Shown in pieces: positions 27,629-37,805 of a stretch of 64,000 nt of DNA. Position 1 is the first letter of the stretch; each line of letters starts with the position of its first letter. Below the pieces are notes generated by a model. That model was given only the letters and a program-made list of their open reading frames with translations. It searched no databases and was not told where the DNA came from. Made by a program: the position numbers and the translations under genes. Location: the NCBI GenBank assembly GCA_963810915.1, contig CAWEPH010000005.1:280506-344505 (forward strand), given 5' to 3'. Source of the stretch: an uncultured Actinomycetes bacterium (lineage in GTDB: Bacteria; Actinomycetota; UBA4738; HRBIN12).

Positions 27629-30428
27629 GGGCGCGTCTGCCGCACGCCCCCGCACCACCAGTTCGGTGAGCTCCATCTGCGCACGCGACCGTACGGCCGA
27701 CCGAAGGACGAGTCGCACCTGCGTCACCGCTCGTGACCCGGCTCGCGGGCGAACCGGCGTGAGCTGATGGGCGGGGAGCCCCTCGTGGGTCCGGTAGGCG
27801 AGCACCCACGGTCCACCGGCGCTTCGGGTCCACACGTCGAAGGCCTTGGCGTCCGAGAACGACCCCGCGCAGATCGCCGACGGATCCACGGCGAACGCCG
27901 AGATGTCGACCGGCTGCGGCAGGCGGATCGTGAGGGAGCGCGGGCGGGCGGCCGACGTGAGCCAGCTCGTCGTGCGGGAGTCGTCGACCGCCGCGGCCGG
28001 GCCGCATTCGCCGGCCACGCCCGTGTGATCGGGTCCGGTGAACCGCACGATCGAGGCGCCGCCGGCGAGCGAGGCCCAGTCGCGCCGCAGGATGACCCGC
28101 ATCGTGGCCGCGCCGTCCACGCGAACGTGCGCGAAGGTCCGCGTCGCGTAGCCGTCCAGCGAGACCTCGACGTCGCGGTAGAGGCCATCGGGCACGTCGG
28201 GGATGTGGAAGCGCCCATCGGTGCCGGTCATCACGCTGAGGTCGACGGGTACCCCGAGCTCGGCGCCCGCGACGACGGACGAGCGCGCCGGCCACGGGAG
28301 TTCCGCCGCCGGTGGGGTCCGTGACCCGTCCGGACAGCGAGCCGCACTCGGGCCCGGGGCAATCCGCTGGAGTTGAGAAATCGGCCACCGGATGCGTGTC
28401 GAACGTGTCGAAGGCCGAGGCGAAGAAGCCCATCCCGCGCGACGCGAAGACCTGCCAGATCGCGTCGTGATGCGCAGACCCGAAGATCGCCGCGTCCGCC
28501 ACGAGGATGGCGTTGCGCATGTCGACGAAGCTGGGCGCCTGCGGCGAGAGCTCCATCGCGCGCGTGACGAGCGCCTCGGTGACGGGCGACCCGAGTTCCC
28601 GACGGAGCTGCCAGAGCGTCTGGAGCCAGATCTCGCCGTCGGAGTGCACCTCGGGCCTCGGCGCGACGTGGCCGAAGTCGGCGTAGGTGAGCCCACCGGG
28701 CCCCGCGCCACCGGGTGTGTCGGGGCAGTGAGGGGATCGAGCCTCGACCTGGCAGTCGGCGTATTGGAACCGCACGCCCTCGCCACCCGCGATCCAGACG
28801 CCCATCGGGACGTCCGCGCGACGTGGGGCATCGGCCTGATACCCGGCGCCCACGAGCGCGTCGAGCGCATACCAGTCGCTCCACCCCTCGGAGAGCGCGC
28901 CGGACTGCTGGCCGTAGAGGGCTTCGGAGCCGTCGGGCATGGTGATCAGGCGGCTGGAGAGGCCGTGCGTGTACTCGTGGAAGACGACGGACGCGTCATC
29001 CGCAGCGTCTCCGGAGGGAAGCTGCGGCAGCGAGCGCGTGGCCCGGAAGAGGTACAGGGACATCCATGCGGCGTTCCCGTCGGGCGGGGTGTACATCGTG
29101 GCGTTGTTGAGCAGGCGCGGCCTGCCGTCGTGGGCGAGATTGGCGCCCACGAGGGTCTCGGCCCGGACCGCGTCTCCGCCTTGACCTCCGAGCCCGTCGT
29201 CGTTCGCGGCCTGGAAGTTGCCGGCCGCCTCGGTGAATCCGATCGGCGGCGCCTCGAGGTGATCGTGATACGTGTTGAGCAGGTAATAGGCCTGGACCGC
29301 TTCCTGGCGGCGGTTGACCCGCCAGCTGTACGGGTCGTGGGCGTCCCACGTGCACGGGGTGGGCGCGGCGCAGTTCTGTGACGGCATCCCGGTGTACAGG
29401 ACGACCGGCTGCCCCCAGTCGAGGGTGAGGGCATCGAGCGCAGGGATCTCGTCACGAGGATGGATCGCGTCGTCGCCGGGCGTGGCCGTGAAGACATGCG
29501 CGTTGTTGCCCGAGAGGGCTTCCGGTCCGGCGACGGGGAACGTGACCGGCACCTGCACGCCTCCCCCGTTCGGCAGGAGGGGCGACGGCGCGTGCGGCCA
29601 GGCCAGCCCGGAGCCCGGCTGGTCGGCCTTCACGAGGTTCTCGCGCCACAGCACCCGTCCGGACGCGGCGTCGATCACGGCGCGATCGATGCGCGACGGC
29701 GAGATGTTGGCGATGGTGGCCCAGGCGAGCCGGCTGGCCCCGGGGGTCGGGAATCGCACGAGGGTGGCACGGTCGCGAGGGCCGGGGATCGGGGAGGCGC
29801 GACGAGATCCGACGCTCGCGGACGCTTGGGTGACCTCGATCGCGTCGGCGGCCGTGAGCGTCGGGCGGGTCGGCGCCGGAGCACGCACGACGTGGTAGAC
29901 CGGGCCGATCATCGCGATCAGGGATCCGTCGGCCCTGACCGCGGCCTTCAGCCCGGCCCCGAAGATCGGTTCGTCTCCCACGACCTGCACCCACGAGAGG
30001 TGATGGGTCCCGAGGATGTCCACGTAGTCGTCGCGGAACGCGAGCAGATCGACGTCGGTCGGCGTGAGCCCGAAGGCGTCGAGGTGGTCCCGGAGGAACC
30101 CGAGTGCGACCTGCTGCGGGGCGACGCCGCTCGGCCCCGTGAGGGTCCCGTCGATGTTGGTCACCCAGCGCACCGCCCCCATGTACGGGTCGGTGTCCAC
30201 CAGGACCCCGCTCCCGATCGAGTCCGTGAGCGCGGCGCGTGCCGAGAGCATGTCGGGCGTCGCAGGTGCGGCGAGCGGGCCGCGCCGCTGGCCATGCATG
30301 ACCGCATCCTCGTGGGGCCCTGCGAACGCGGGCCCAGAGGTGACCGATGCCAACCCCCCGGCCAGGATCGTCCAGGCCGCAAGCATCACGACGAGGGGAC
30401 GACCCGGTCGCGACGGCGCCTTCCCCAT
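27605..30428 (-). CDS. secreted M36 (fungalysin-like) zinc metalloprotease with C-terminal CarboxypepD_reg-like and discoidin-like domains (frame switch near 28277)
   Basis: Signal-like N-terminus from ATG 30428 (MGKAPSRPGRPLVVMLAAWTILAGGLASV). Active site VVFHEYTHGLSSRL and EGWSDWYA are present. C-terminus contains VVAGAELGVPVDLSVMTGTDGRFHIPDVPDG. Confidence 0.8.
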
Positions 30429-30621
30429 CGCCAAGCCCTCCCGATCGGATCTCGCCCCCGACGCTAACACCCGGAGATGTCCAACAACCAAGCGCATGGG
30501 CTGCCGCGGACGCGGTCCCGGGGGTCGGTCGGGAGGTCGTGTCGTTGACGTGCTCACTCGCTTGAAGGCAGCCGGCCCGCGCGCTCGACGTCGACACCCA
30601 GCGGGGAGCCACCCCCTCAGC

Positions 30622-30637
30622 GGAGTGCTGGCACCCC
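30622..30637. promoter_or_regulatory. palindrome GGAGTGC-TG-GCACCCC (motif copy 2)
   Basis: Six of seven arm positions are complementary. It lies between the divergent protease and USP genes, 83 nt upstream of the USP ATG. Confidence 0.4.
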
Positions 30638-30719
30638 CCGCGGATCGTGGTGGCGACCGGGTCGTTTCCCCAGCTCAGGGGCCCTACGGTGAAGTCGCAC
30701 CGCAAGAAGGAGGCACGTC

Positions 30720-31127
30720 ATGAAGAAGATCCTGGTCGGAACGGACACCACGGCCTCGGCGGATATGGCCGTGCAGGACGCGGCCGAGCTCGCCCGGGCG
30801 CGCGGCGCCGAGCTGCTGGTGCTGTACGTGGCCCCGGAGGAGAACCTGCGATCCGTCGTCGATCCCGCGAAGGCCGCCAGCCCCGAGAACTACCTCGCCG
30901 GTCTGCCCCAGCGCTTCGAGGGCGTGACCACGTCGACCCGCATGGAACGTGGGGACCCTGCAGAGCGGATCTGCCAGGTGGCCGCGGACGAGGGAGCCGA
31001 CACGATCGTCGTCGGCAACCGCGGCGCACACGGGAGCTGGTGGCGGGTGCGCGACAGCGTCCCGAACCTCGTCCTCCGGCACTCGCCGTGCAGCGTCTTC
31101 GTGGTGGACACGAGGAGGGCTCAGTAG
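30720..31127 (+). CDS. universal stress protein
   Basis: 135 aa, with AGGAGG at 30707-30712. ILVGTD, TIVVGNRGAHG and VLRHSPCSVFVV motifs. Confidence 0.85.
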   Translation: MKKILVGTDTTASADMAVQDAAELARARGAELLVLYVAPEENLRSVVDPAKAASPENYLAGLPQRFEGVTTSTRMERGDPAERICQVAADEGADTIVVGNRGAHGSWWRVRDSVPNLVLRHSPCSVFVVDTRRAQ

Positions 31128-31164
31128 TGCCAGTGCCTGTCGCCGGACCCCCGGGCGCGGGTGG

Positions 31165-31192
31165 TAGGCCGGGATCCCCTCGTCCCGGCCTA
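31165..31192. terminator. 10-bp hairpin between the convergent USP and NarL-type regulator genes
   Basis: TAGGCCGGGA-tcccctcg-TCCCGGCCTA overlaps the regulator stop codon. There is no U-tract. Confidence 0.4.
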
Positions 31193-31873
31193 CGGTTGCT
31201 CGGTCTCGCGGAGGAACGCCAGGACGGCCATCACCCGTCGATGGACGTCGGGCTCCTCCGTGAGGTCGAGCTTGTGGAAGAGCGCGTTGATGTGCTTCTC
31301 GACGGCGCGCTCCGTGAGGAAGAGCGACTTGGCGATGGCCGCGTTGTTCTCGCCCTGGGCCATGTGCGAGAGGACCTCTCGCTCCCGGTCGGTGAGCGAG
31401 GCGAGCGGGGAGTGCGCCATCCGATCCTTGGCGGCCACGAGCTCCTCGACGACCTTGGGGTCGAGCACGCTCCCCCCGCGGCTGACCTCCTCGAGCGCGC
31501 GGATCAGCTCGTCGATGTCCGCGACGCGCTCCTTCAACAGGTAGCCGAGTCCGGCCGCGCCGTCCTTGAGGAGCGCGTACGCGTACTCCTCCTCGACGAA
31601 CTGCGACAGCACGACGACGCCCACATCGGGGTGCTCGGCGCGGATCTGCTTGGCCGCCTCGATGCCCTCGTTGGTGTTGGTGGGGGGCATCCGGATGTCG
31701 GTGAGGACGGCGTCGGGCGCGTGGGCCTCGACGGCGGCGAGCAGCTCGTCGCGGTCGGCGGCCATCGCGACGAGGTCGATGTCGTCGCAGGTGGCCAGCA
31801 GCGCGGCTGTTCCTTCGCGCACCAGGTAGTTATCCTCCGCGAACACCACTCGGATCATGCGCGGATGGTACAC
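31190..31873 (-). CDS. NarL/LuxR-family response regulator
   Basis: REC domain (IRVVFAEDNYLVREG, DAVLTDIRMPP) plus a LuxR HTH (LTDREREVLSHMAQGENNAAIAKSLFLTERAVEKHINALFHKL). Confidence 0.9.
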   Translation of the reverse strand: MYHPRMIRVVFAEDNYLVREGTAALLATCDDIDLVAMAADRDELLAAVEAHAPDAVLTDIRMPPTNTNEGIEAAKQIRAEHPDVGVVVLSQFVEEEYAYALLKDGAAGLGYLLKERVADIDELIRALEEVSRGGSVLDPKVVEELVAAKDRMAHSPLASLTDREREVLSHMAQGENNAAIAKSLFLTERAVEKHINALFHKLDLTEEPDVHRRVMAVLAFLRETEQP

Positions 31874-31902
31874 GGGGCAACCGCGCGGAAGGGACTCGCC
31901 GC

Positions 31903-33192
31903 ATGACCGCCATCCGGGTCGTCCTCGGAGAGGACAACGTCCTCGTGCGCGAGGGCGTCCGGGCGCTGCTCGACTCCTACGACGATGTCGAGGTGGTCGG
32001 CGTGGCCGCCGACGCCCCCTCGCTCCTCGCCACGGCCGCCGAGCATGTCCCCGACGTCGTGGTGACCGACATCAAGATGCCGCCCTCCTTCCAACTGGAG
32101 GGGATCGATTGCGCGCACGAGATCCGCGACCATCATCCGGACACGGGCGTGGTGGTCCTATCGGCCCACGACGACGAGGAGTACGCGCTGGCCCTGCTCG
32201 GCAAGGGTCGCAGTGGCCTCGCCTATCTCCTGAAGGACCGCATCGCCCAGGGGGACGAGCTCGTGCGGGCAATCCGCGAGGTTCACGCCGGTGGTTCCAC
32301 GGTCGACCCTCTGATCGCCGAACGGCTCTCCGGACGCGACGACACCGGCACCAACGACCGGGCGTTGCTGGACATGATGGCCAAGGGACTCGGATACGCC
32401 GAGATCGCCGCGGCCCTCGACACCACGCAGGAGTCCGTCGACCGCCAGGTGACGGAGCTGTTCAGCCGGATGGCCGGCGACGGCGGGAGCTCCGGCCTGG
32501 TGGACGAGTTCAAACGGCTGCACTCGGCCGTGGTCGAGCAGACCGCCTCGCGGAAGACGCTCGCGTCCTTCGTCCCGAGCCAGCTGGCCGACCGCCTCGC
32601 GGCGCAGCCCGACGCTCCGATCGAGCCGCAGGAGTGCGAAGTCTCGGTGCTGTTCTCCGACATCCGCGGCTTCTCGACGCTCGCCGAGCGCCTCGGCGCG
32701 CGCGACGTGGCCACCGTGGTCGGCAAGCATCTGTCCGCCATGGCCGAGGTCGTGGCGGCCCACGGCGGCACGATCGACAAGTTCCAGGGCGACGCGGTCA
32801 TGGCGATCTTCGGCGCGCCCGAACCCCAGCCCGACCACGCCGAGCGGGCGCTCCGATGCGCGATCGCGATGCAGGCCCGCCAAGGAGAGCTCAACGATGA
32901 GGGGTGGGACGTGGAGGATCTGCCCACCCTCGGCGTCGGGATCGGCGTCAACACCGGCCTCGTGATCGCGGGCACGGTCGGTGGCGGCGGCCGGCTCGAA
33001 TACACGGTGGTGGGGGACGCGGTGAACGTCGCGTCCCGCCTGCAGTCCGAGGCGGAAGGCGGCGAGATCGTCGCCGCGGCCAGCACCGTCGCCTCTGCAC
33101 CGAGCATCGCCTGCGAGTCCATCGGCCCGCGCCACGTGAAGGGCCGCGAGGAGCCTGTCGAGGTGTTCCGTGTCCACGTCGACGTCGGCTGA
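31903..33192 (+). CDS. response regulator with REC, LuxR-like HTH and C-terminal class III adenylate/guanylate cyclase domain
   Basis: The REC domain is paralogous to the divergent regulator (IRVVLGEDNVLVREG, DVVVTDIKMPP). HTH-like stretch LLDMMAKGLGYAEIAAALDTTQESVDRQVTELFSRM. Cyclase motifs VLFSDIRGFS, IDKFQGDAVMAIFGAP and EYTVVGDAVNVASRLQS. Confidence 0.85.
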   Translation: MTAIRVVLGEDNVLVREGVRALLDSYDDVEVVGVAADAPSLLATAAEHVPDVVVTDIKMPPSFQLEGIDCAHEIRDHHPDTGVVVLSAHDDEEYALALLGKGRSGLAYLLKDRIAQGDELVRAIREVHAGGSTVDPLIAERLSGRDDTGTNDRALLDMMAKGLGYAEIAAALDTTQESVDRQVTELFSRMAGDGGSSGLVDEFKRLHSAVVEQTASRKTLASFVPSQLADRLAAQPDAPIEPQECEVSVLFSDIRGFSTLAERLGARDVATVVGKHLSAMAEVVAAHGGTIDKFQGDAVMAIFGAPEPQPDHAERALRCAIAMQARQGELNDEGWDVEDLPTLGVGIGVNTGLVIAGTVGGGGRLEYTVVGDAVNVASRLQSEAEGGEIVAAASTVASAPSIACESIGPRHVKGREEPVEVFRVHVDVG

Positions 33193-35273
33193 GAACGTCC
33201 CGGCCGCCCGGCTCGCGCGGTGGCCCTGGCTCCTGGTCGGCCTGTTCGTCGTCTTCGCGACCCTCGGGACCATCCTCGTCGTCGCCAACGGCGAGCCCGT
33301 GGTCGGGCAGGTCTCCTACCTCGTCGCGTTCTCGATGTTCGCCGTGGTCGGCGCCCTCATCGTGAGCCGCGACCGCCGCAACCGGATCGGCATCCTGCTG
33401 ATGTGGTCCGCGCTGGTCACGGGGATGGCGTTCGTGACGGGAGAGCTGACGACGTGGCTCGTGACGGAAGGACATCGCGGGCCGCTCGTCGTAGTCGTGG
33501 GACTCCTGAACGGCATCGGCTGGGGGCTGGGCGTCCTCGCGGTCGTGTTCTTCCTCCCGCTGCTGTTCCCCGACGGGCGGCTTCCTTCGCCTCGGTGGCG
33601 CATCTACGTCTGGTTCGTGATCGGATTCCTCGCGCTCCTGCTGATCTCGCTGGTGTTCGGGCAAGAGACGCTGACGGGGTCGGGCGACACCGGAGTCGGG
33701 GTCGCGAACCCGTTGTACATACGAGCGGTGGGTGGTCTGCCGACGCTCGACCCGGCGATCGCGATCCTGCTTCCCGGGCTCTTCGCGCTGACGATCTACT
33801 CCCTCTTCCGGCGGTTCCGCCGTTCCTCCGGGGTCGAGCGGCAACAGATCAAGTGGGCGACGTTCGGGTTCCTCAGTGCGCTCGTCCTCACGATCGTCAG
33901 CGGCGTGATCGAGGATCCGGGCCTGAGCGGGTTCATCGGCGGGATCGGCTTCCTCGCGTTCCCGGTCTCGATCGGGGTCGCGGTGCTGCGCTACCACCTC
34001 TACGACCTGGACGTCGTCGTGAAGAAGGCGGTGGTGTACGCGGCGCTCGCGTTGTTCGCGACGCTCGTCTACCTGGCGCTCGTCGTCGGGCTCGGCGCGT
34101 GGCTCGGCAGGGGCAGCTCGTTCCTCACCATGGTCGCGGCGGTCATCGTCGCGGTCACGTTCCAGCCGGTGCGAGAACGCCTCAGCCGGTTCGCGAACCG
34201 GGTGGTGTACGGGAACCGCGCGACGCCCTACGAGATCCTGACCGACTTCTCCGAGCGCGTGGGCGAGACCTATGCGGACGTGGACGTCCTGCCCCGGATG
34301 GCCCGTGTACTCGGCGAGGGGATCGGGGCCGAACGCAGCGACGTCTGGCTGACGGTCGGGTCCGAACTCCGCCAGGTGGCGGCATGGCCGGAGGGGACCC
34401 CCACGACCGGACACGTGCCGATGCCAAACGGGTCGGGCGTCTCGATCCCCGAGATGGATCGCGTGTACGTCGTCGAGCAGGCCGGAGACGTGCTCGGTGC
34501 GCTCGCGGTCCGCAAGCCACCGAGCGACCCGGTGTCCCCCGCCGACGAGAAGCTCATCGCGGGCTTGGCGTCGCAGGCGGGACTCGTGCTGCGGAACGTC
34601 CGTCTCACCGAGGAGCTGAAGCTCCGCCTGGACGATCTCAAGGCGGCGCAGAAGCGCCTCGTCTCCGCGCAGGACCAGGAGCGCCGCCGACTGGAGCGGA
34701 ACATCCACGACGGCGCCCAGCAGCAGCTGGTCGCCCTCGCCGTGAAGGCCAGGCTTGCCCGCACGCTGACCGAGCGGGAACCCGCGAAGGCCACCGAGAT
34801 GCTGACCCAGATGGAGTCGGAGACCCAGCGTACGCTCGAGGACCTGCGGGATCTCGCGCGCGGGATCTATCCGCCGCTGCTGGCGGACAAGGGCCTGGTC
34901 GCATGCGCTCACGGCACAGGCGCGCAAGGGTCCCGTTCCCGTCGAGGTCCAGGCCGACGGCGTCGGCCGATACCCCCAGGAGGTCGAGGCCGCCGTGTAC
35001 TTCTCTGCGCTCGAAGCGCTGCAGAACGTCGGGAAATACGCGGAGGCGGAACACGTCGTGGTCCGGCTCGGGCAAGATGACGGGATGCTGACCTTCGAGG
35101 TGCGCGACGACGGGCGTGGGTTCGACCCGGAACGCACGGGATACGGAACCGGGCTGCAGGGGATGGCGGACCGACTCGCCGTCCTCGACGGTGCCCTCAG
35201 CGTGGACTCCCGTCCCGGCGGCGGGACCACGGTGCGCGGCCGGCTGCCGATCTCGACCTCGGTGAGCGCCTGA
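33170..35273 (+). CDS. polytopic HisKA_3-type sensor histidine kinase (frame switch near 34898)
   Basis: GTG at 33170 overlaps the cyclase gene by 23 nt. Roughly 8-10 TM helices and a GAF-like region are followed by the H-box ERRRLERNIHDGAQQQL. After the shift comes HATPase_c (YFSALEALQNVGKYA, DDGRGF, GTGLQGMADR). Confidence 0.85.
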
Positions 35274-35524
35274 TGTCGGCGCACGTCACCCCGCGGCCCA
35301 AGGGCTTCTTCCGCAAGGCGGAGCGCGTGATGGTGGGCGTGGTCATGACGGTCGCGGCGTTCCTGCTCGAGAAGGTCGTCATGCGGACGATCAAACAGGA
35401 GAAGGCCTCGGGTGGCGATCCCCTCGCCGCCGCTCGTCCCCGCCGTGAGGCCGGTCGCGGGGGCCCGGGCGAGTTCGACGTCGATCTCGACGAGCAGCTC
35501 CGCGGGGAGTCGCCGAAGCGTTGA
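35273..35524 (+). CDS. 83-aa single-TM protein translationally coupled to the kinase
   Basis: ATG overlaps the kinase stop (TGATG). One TM helix (VMVGVVMTVAAFLL). GC-rich third positions. Confidence 0.5.
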   Translation: MSAHVTPRPKGFFRKAERVMVGVVMTVAAFLLEKVVMRTIKQEKASGGDPLAAARPRREAGRGGPGEFDVDLDEQLRGESPKR

Positions 35525-35566
35525 CGATGCGGCGGGCACCAGGGACGAGGCGGCGAGTCTTCGCGC

Positions 35567-37675
35567 TCAGTGCTTGCGGATGATGTCGACGAGCATGCCG
35601 ATCGTCAGCAGGGCGCCCGCCACGCCGAAGGCGACCGGCACCCACGTGGGGGACTTGTCCGAGACGGCCGTCAGCCCGCTCGCGAGGACCGCGGCACCGG
35701 CCGTGAGGGCGAGGGCCAGCCGCCGCCCGGCGCGCCGGATCGTGGCTTCGAGGGTCGTGGCCCGGAAGTTGACCTCGAGCTTCTGTCCCGGCCGGGCGCC
35801 GATCAGCCGTTCCACGGCCTCGATCACGCGCATCGCGCGGACCTTGAACTTCTGGGTCTGATAGAAGACCGCCTTCGGGTCGAGCTTGCCGCCCATCTGT
35901 TTGAAGACGCTCCGCATCAGGAACGACCCCGCGACGTCGAACGGGTCGAGCTCGGGGTCGAGGGCCGCGGTCGCGAGCTGCATCTGCGCGAGCGCCTTGC
36001 CCGTCAGCGTGAGCGACGCCGGCAGCGGCACGCCGTGGCGCAGCGAGATCTCCGTCATCTCCTGCAGGATCGGCCCGAGCTGGATGTCCGCCAGGTTCGC
36101 GGTGCGGTACTCGACCATCAGCTCGCCGATCTCCGCCTGGAACGCGTCCACGTCGAGGTCCGTCCGGTCGATGGCGCCGGCGAGCATCAGCGAGACGTCG
36201 GTGAGGAACGAGACGTCCTCCTGCCAGAAGGCCATCAACAGCAGCATCAGCTGCTCGCGCATCTCCGGACCGACCTCGCCGACCATGCCGAAGTCGAGGA
36301 AGTAGATCTTGTCCTGCCACCACATCAGGTTCCCGGGATGGGGGTCGGCGTGGAAGAACCCGTCCACCAGGATCTGCTTGTAGTAGCTCTCCAGCAGCTG
36401 GCGGGCGGCCTGCTTGCGCTCGGGCCCTTCCGGCGCCTGCGAGATGGGGATCCCCTGGATCTCCTGCATCACCAGGAGTCTCGAGGTCGAGATGTCGTTG
36501 AAGACGCCCGGCACGTCGAGACGGTCGTACTCCGCGATGACCGTGTGCATCCGGGCGATGTTGGCCGCCTCCTGGCGGAAGTCCAGCTCGCGATGCAGCG
36601 AGGACGAGAGGTGCTCGAAGACGGCCCCCATGTCGATCACCTGGTTCAGCCCGGGGCGCCCGCTCACCTTCTCGGCGAACAGCTCCAGCAGCGCGAGGTC
36701 CTGCTCGATCTCGCCTCGCGCGTCGGGGCGCTGCACCTTCACGACGACGCGATCGCCGCTCGCGAGGGTCGCGCGGTGGACCTCGGCGATGGTGCCCGCG
36801 GCGAGCGGCTTGGGGTCGATCGACTCGAACACGTCCTCCCACGGGACGCCGAGCTCCTGCTCCATCACCTTGACGACCTGCTCCTCCGACAGCGGCGTGA
36901 CGTGGTCCTGCAGCGTCGCGAGCTCGTCGATGAACTCCGGCGGGAGCAGGTCGGGGCGCGTCGAGAGCACCTGGCCGAGCTTCGAGAAGGTCGGGCCGAG
37001 CTCCTCGAGCGCCGCGCGCAGCCGCTTGGCCTGGCGTGCGCGGCCGACCGAGCCGTCCTCGTCGGGGCGACCGAAGAGCTCCTTCAGGCCGTGCTTGGCG
37101 AAGACGGCGGTGATGTGGGCGCCGCGCGCCGTGAGGCGCGGCTCGGCGGGCTCCTGGTCCTCGAGGCTCCCCCGGATGACGGTGGGGGTCGGGCGCGCCA
37201 GCGTGGCCGTGGCCTTCCCGTTGGCCGAGACCGTGTTCACGATGATGACGGTGCACCGCGCGTTGTGGCTGATGCGGTTGGGCACGTTGCCCAGCAGGAA
37301 CTCCTTGCGCCCGGCCATGCCCGCGTTGCCCACGACCAGGACGTCGATCGCCTCGTGCTCGGCCGCGTGCACGATGGCCATCGCCGGGTCGTCGTCGATC
37401 ACCACGTGGGCGTGCCCCCGCTCGCCGGCGACCTCCCGCGCGTAGTGGGCGAGCGCGTCCGCCGCGCCCGCCGCGCGGGTGCCTTCCGCCGCGCCGTACT
37501 GGGTCCCCCCCGGGTGCTCCCGCAGGATCACCTGCACGATGTGCAGCTCCGCGGCGAAGCGATCGGCGAACGAGGCGGCCCAGCGCACGGCGCGTTCGGC
37601 GGTCTCGGATCGGTCGGTCCCGACCATGACCTTGCTGACGGGGCCCATCACTTCGGCATCGGCGTCGCGACTCAT
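35567..37675 (-). CDS. USP domain fused to ABC1/UbiB-family atypical kinase with C-terminal TM anchors
   Basis: ATG at 37675. USP part (VMVGTDRSETAERAV, LVVGNAGMAGRKEF, SHNARCTVIIV). ABC1 part (LGPTFSKLGQVLSTRPDLLP, AAGTIAEVHRA, FHADPHPGNL, LDFGMVG). Confidence 0.85.
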   Translation of the reverse strand: MSRDADAEVMGPVSKVMVGTDRSETAERAVRWAASFADRFAAELHIVQVILREHPGGTQYGAAEGTRAAGAADALAHYAREVAGERGHAHVVIDDDPAMAIVHAAEHEAIDVLVVGNAGMAGRKEFLLGNVPNRISHNARCTVIIVNTVSANGKATATLARPTPTVIRGSLEDQEPAEPRLTARGAHITAVFAKHGLKELFGRPDEDGSVGRARQAKRLRAALEELGPTFSKLGQVLSTRPDLLPPEFIDELATLQDHVTPLSEEQVVKVMEQELGVPWEDVFESIDPKPLAAGTIAEVHRATLASGDRVVVKVQRPDARGEIEQDLALLELFAEKVSGRPGLNQVIDMGAVFEHLSSSLHRELDFRQEAANIARMHTVIAEYDRLDVPGVFNDISTSRLLVMQEIQGIPISQAPEGPERKQAARQLLESYYKQILVDGFFHADPHPGNLMWWQDKIYFLDFGMVGEVGPEMREQLMLLLMAFWQEDVSFLTDVSLMLAGAIDRTDLDVDAFQAEIGELMVEYRTANLADIQLGPILQEMTEISLRHGVPLPASLTLTGKALAQMQLATAALDPELDPFDVAGSFLMRSVFKQMGGKLDPKAVFYQTQKFKVRAMRVIEAVERLIGARPGQKLEVNFRATTLEATIRRAGRRLALALTAGAAVLASGLTAVSDKSPTWVPVAFGVAGALLTIGMLVDIIRKH

Positions 37676-37754
37676 GGGCGCATCATGACGGGTGAAGCAA
37701 GGGCGGGGAAGGGTGGCCGCCCGGTCAGGCTCGAGCGCGCTCCCGAACCCCGAC

Positions 37755-37772
37755 GGGGGTGCCAGCACCCCC
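37755..37772. promoter_or_regulatory. 18-nt perfect palindrome GGGGGTGC-CA-GCACCCCC (motif copy 3)
   Basis: 80 nt upstream of the USP-ABC1 start on the minus strand and 34 nt upstream of tRNA-Thr on the plus strand. Confidence 0.4.
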
Positions 37773-37805
37773 GGAAGGGGACCCTTGATAGACTCAGCGA
37801 CTGCC

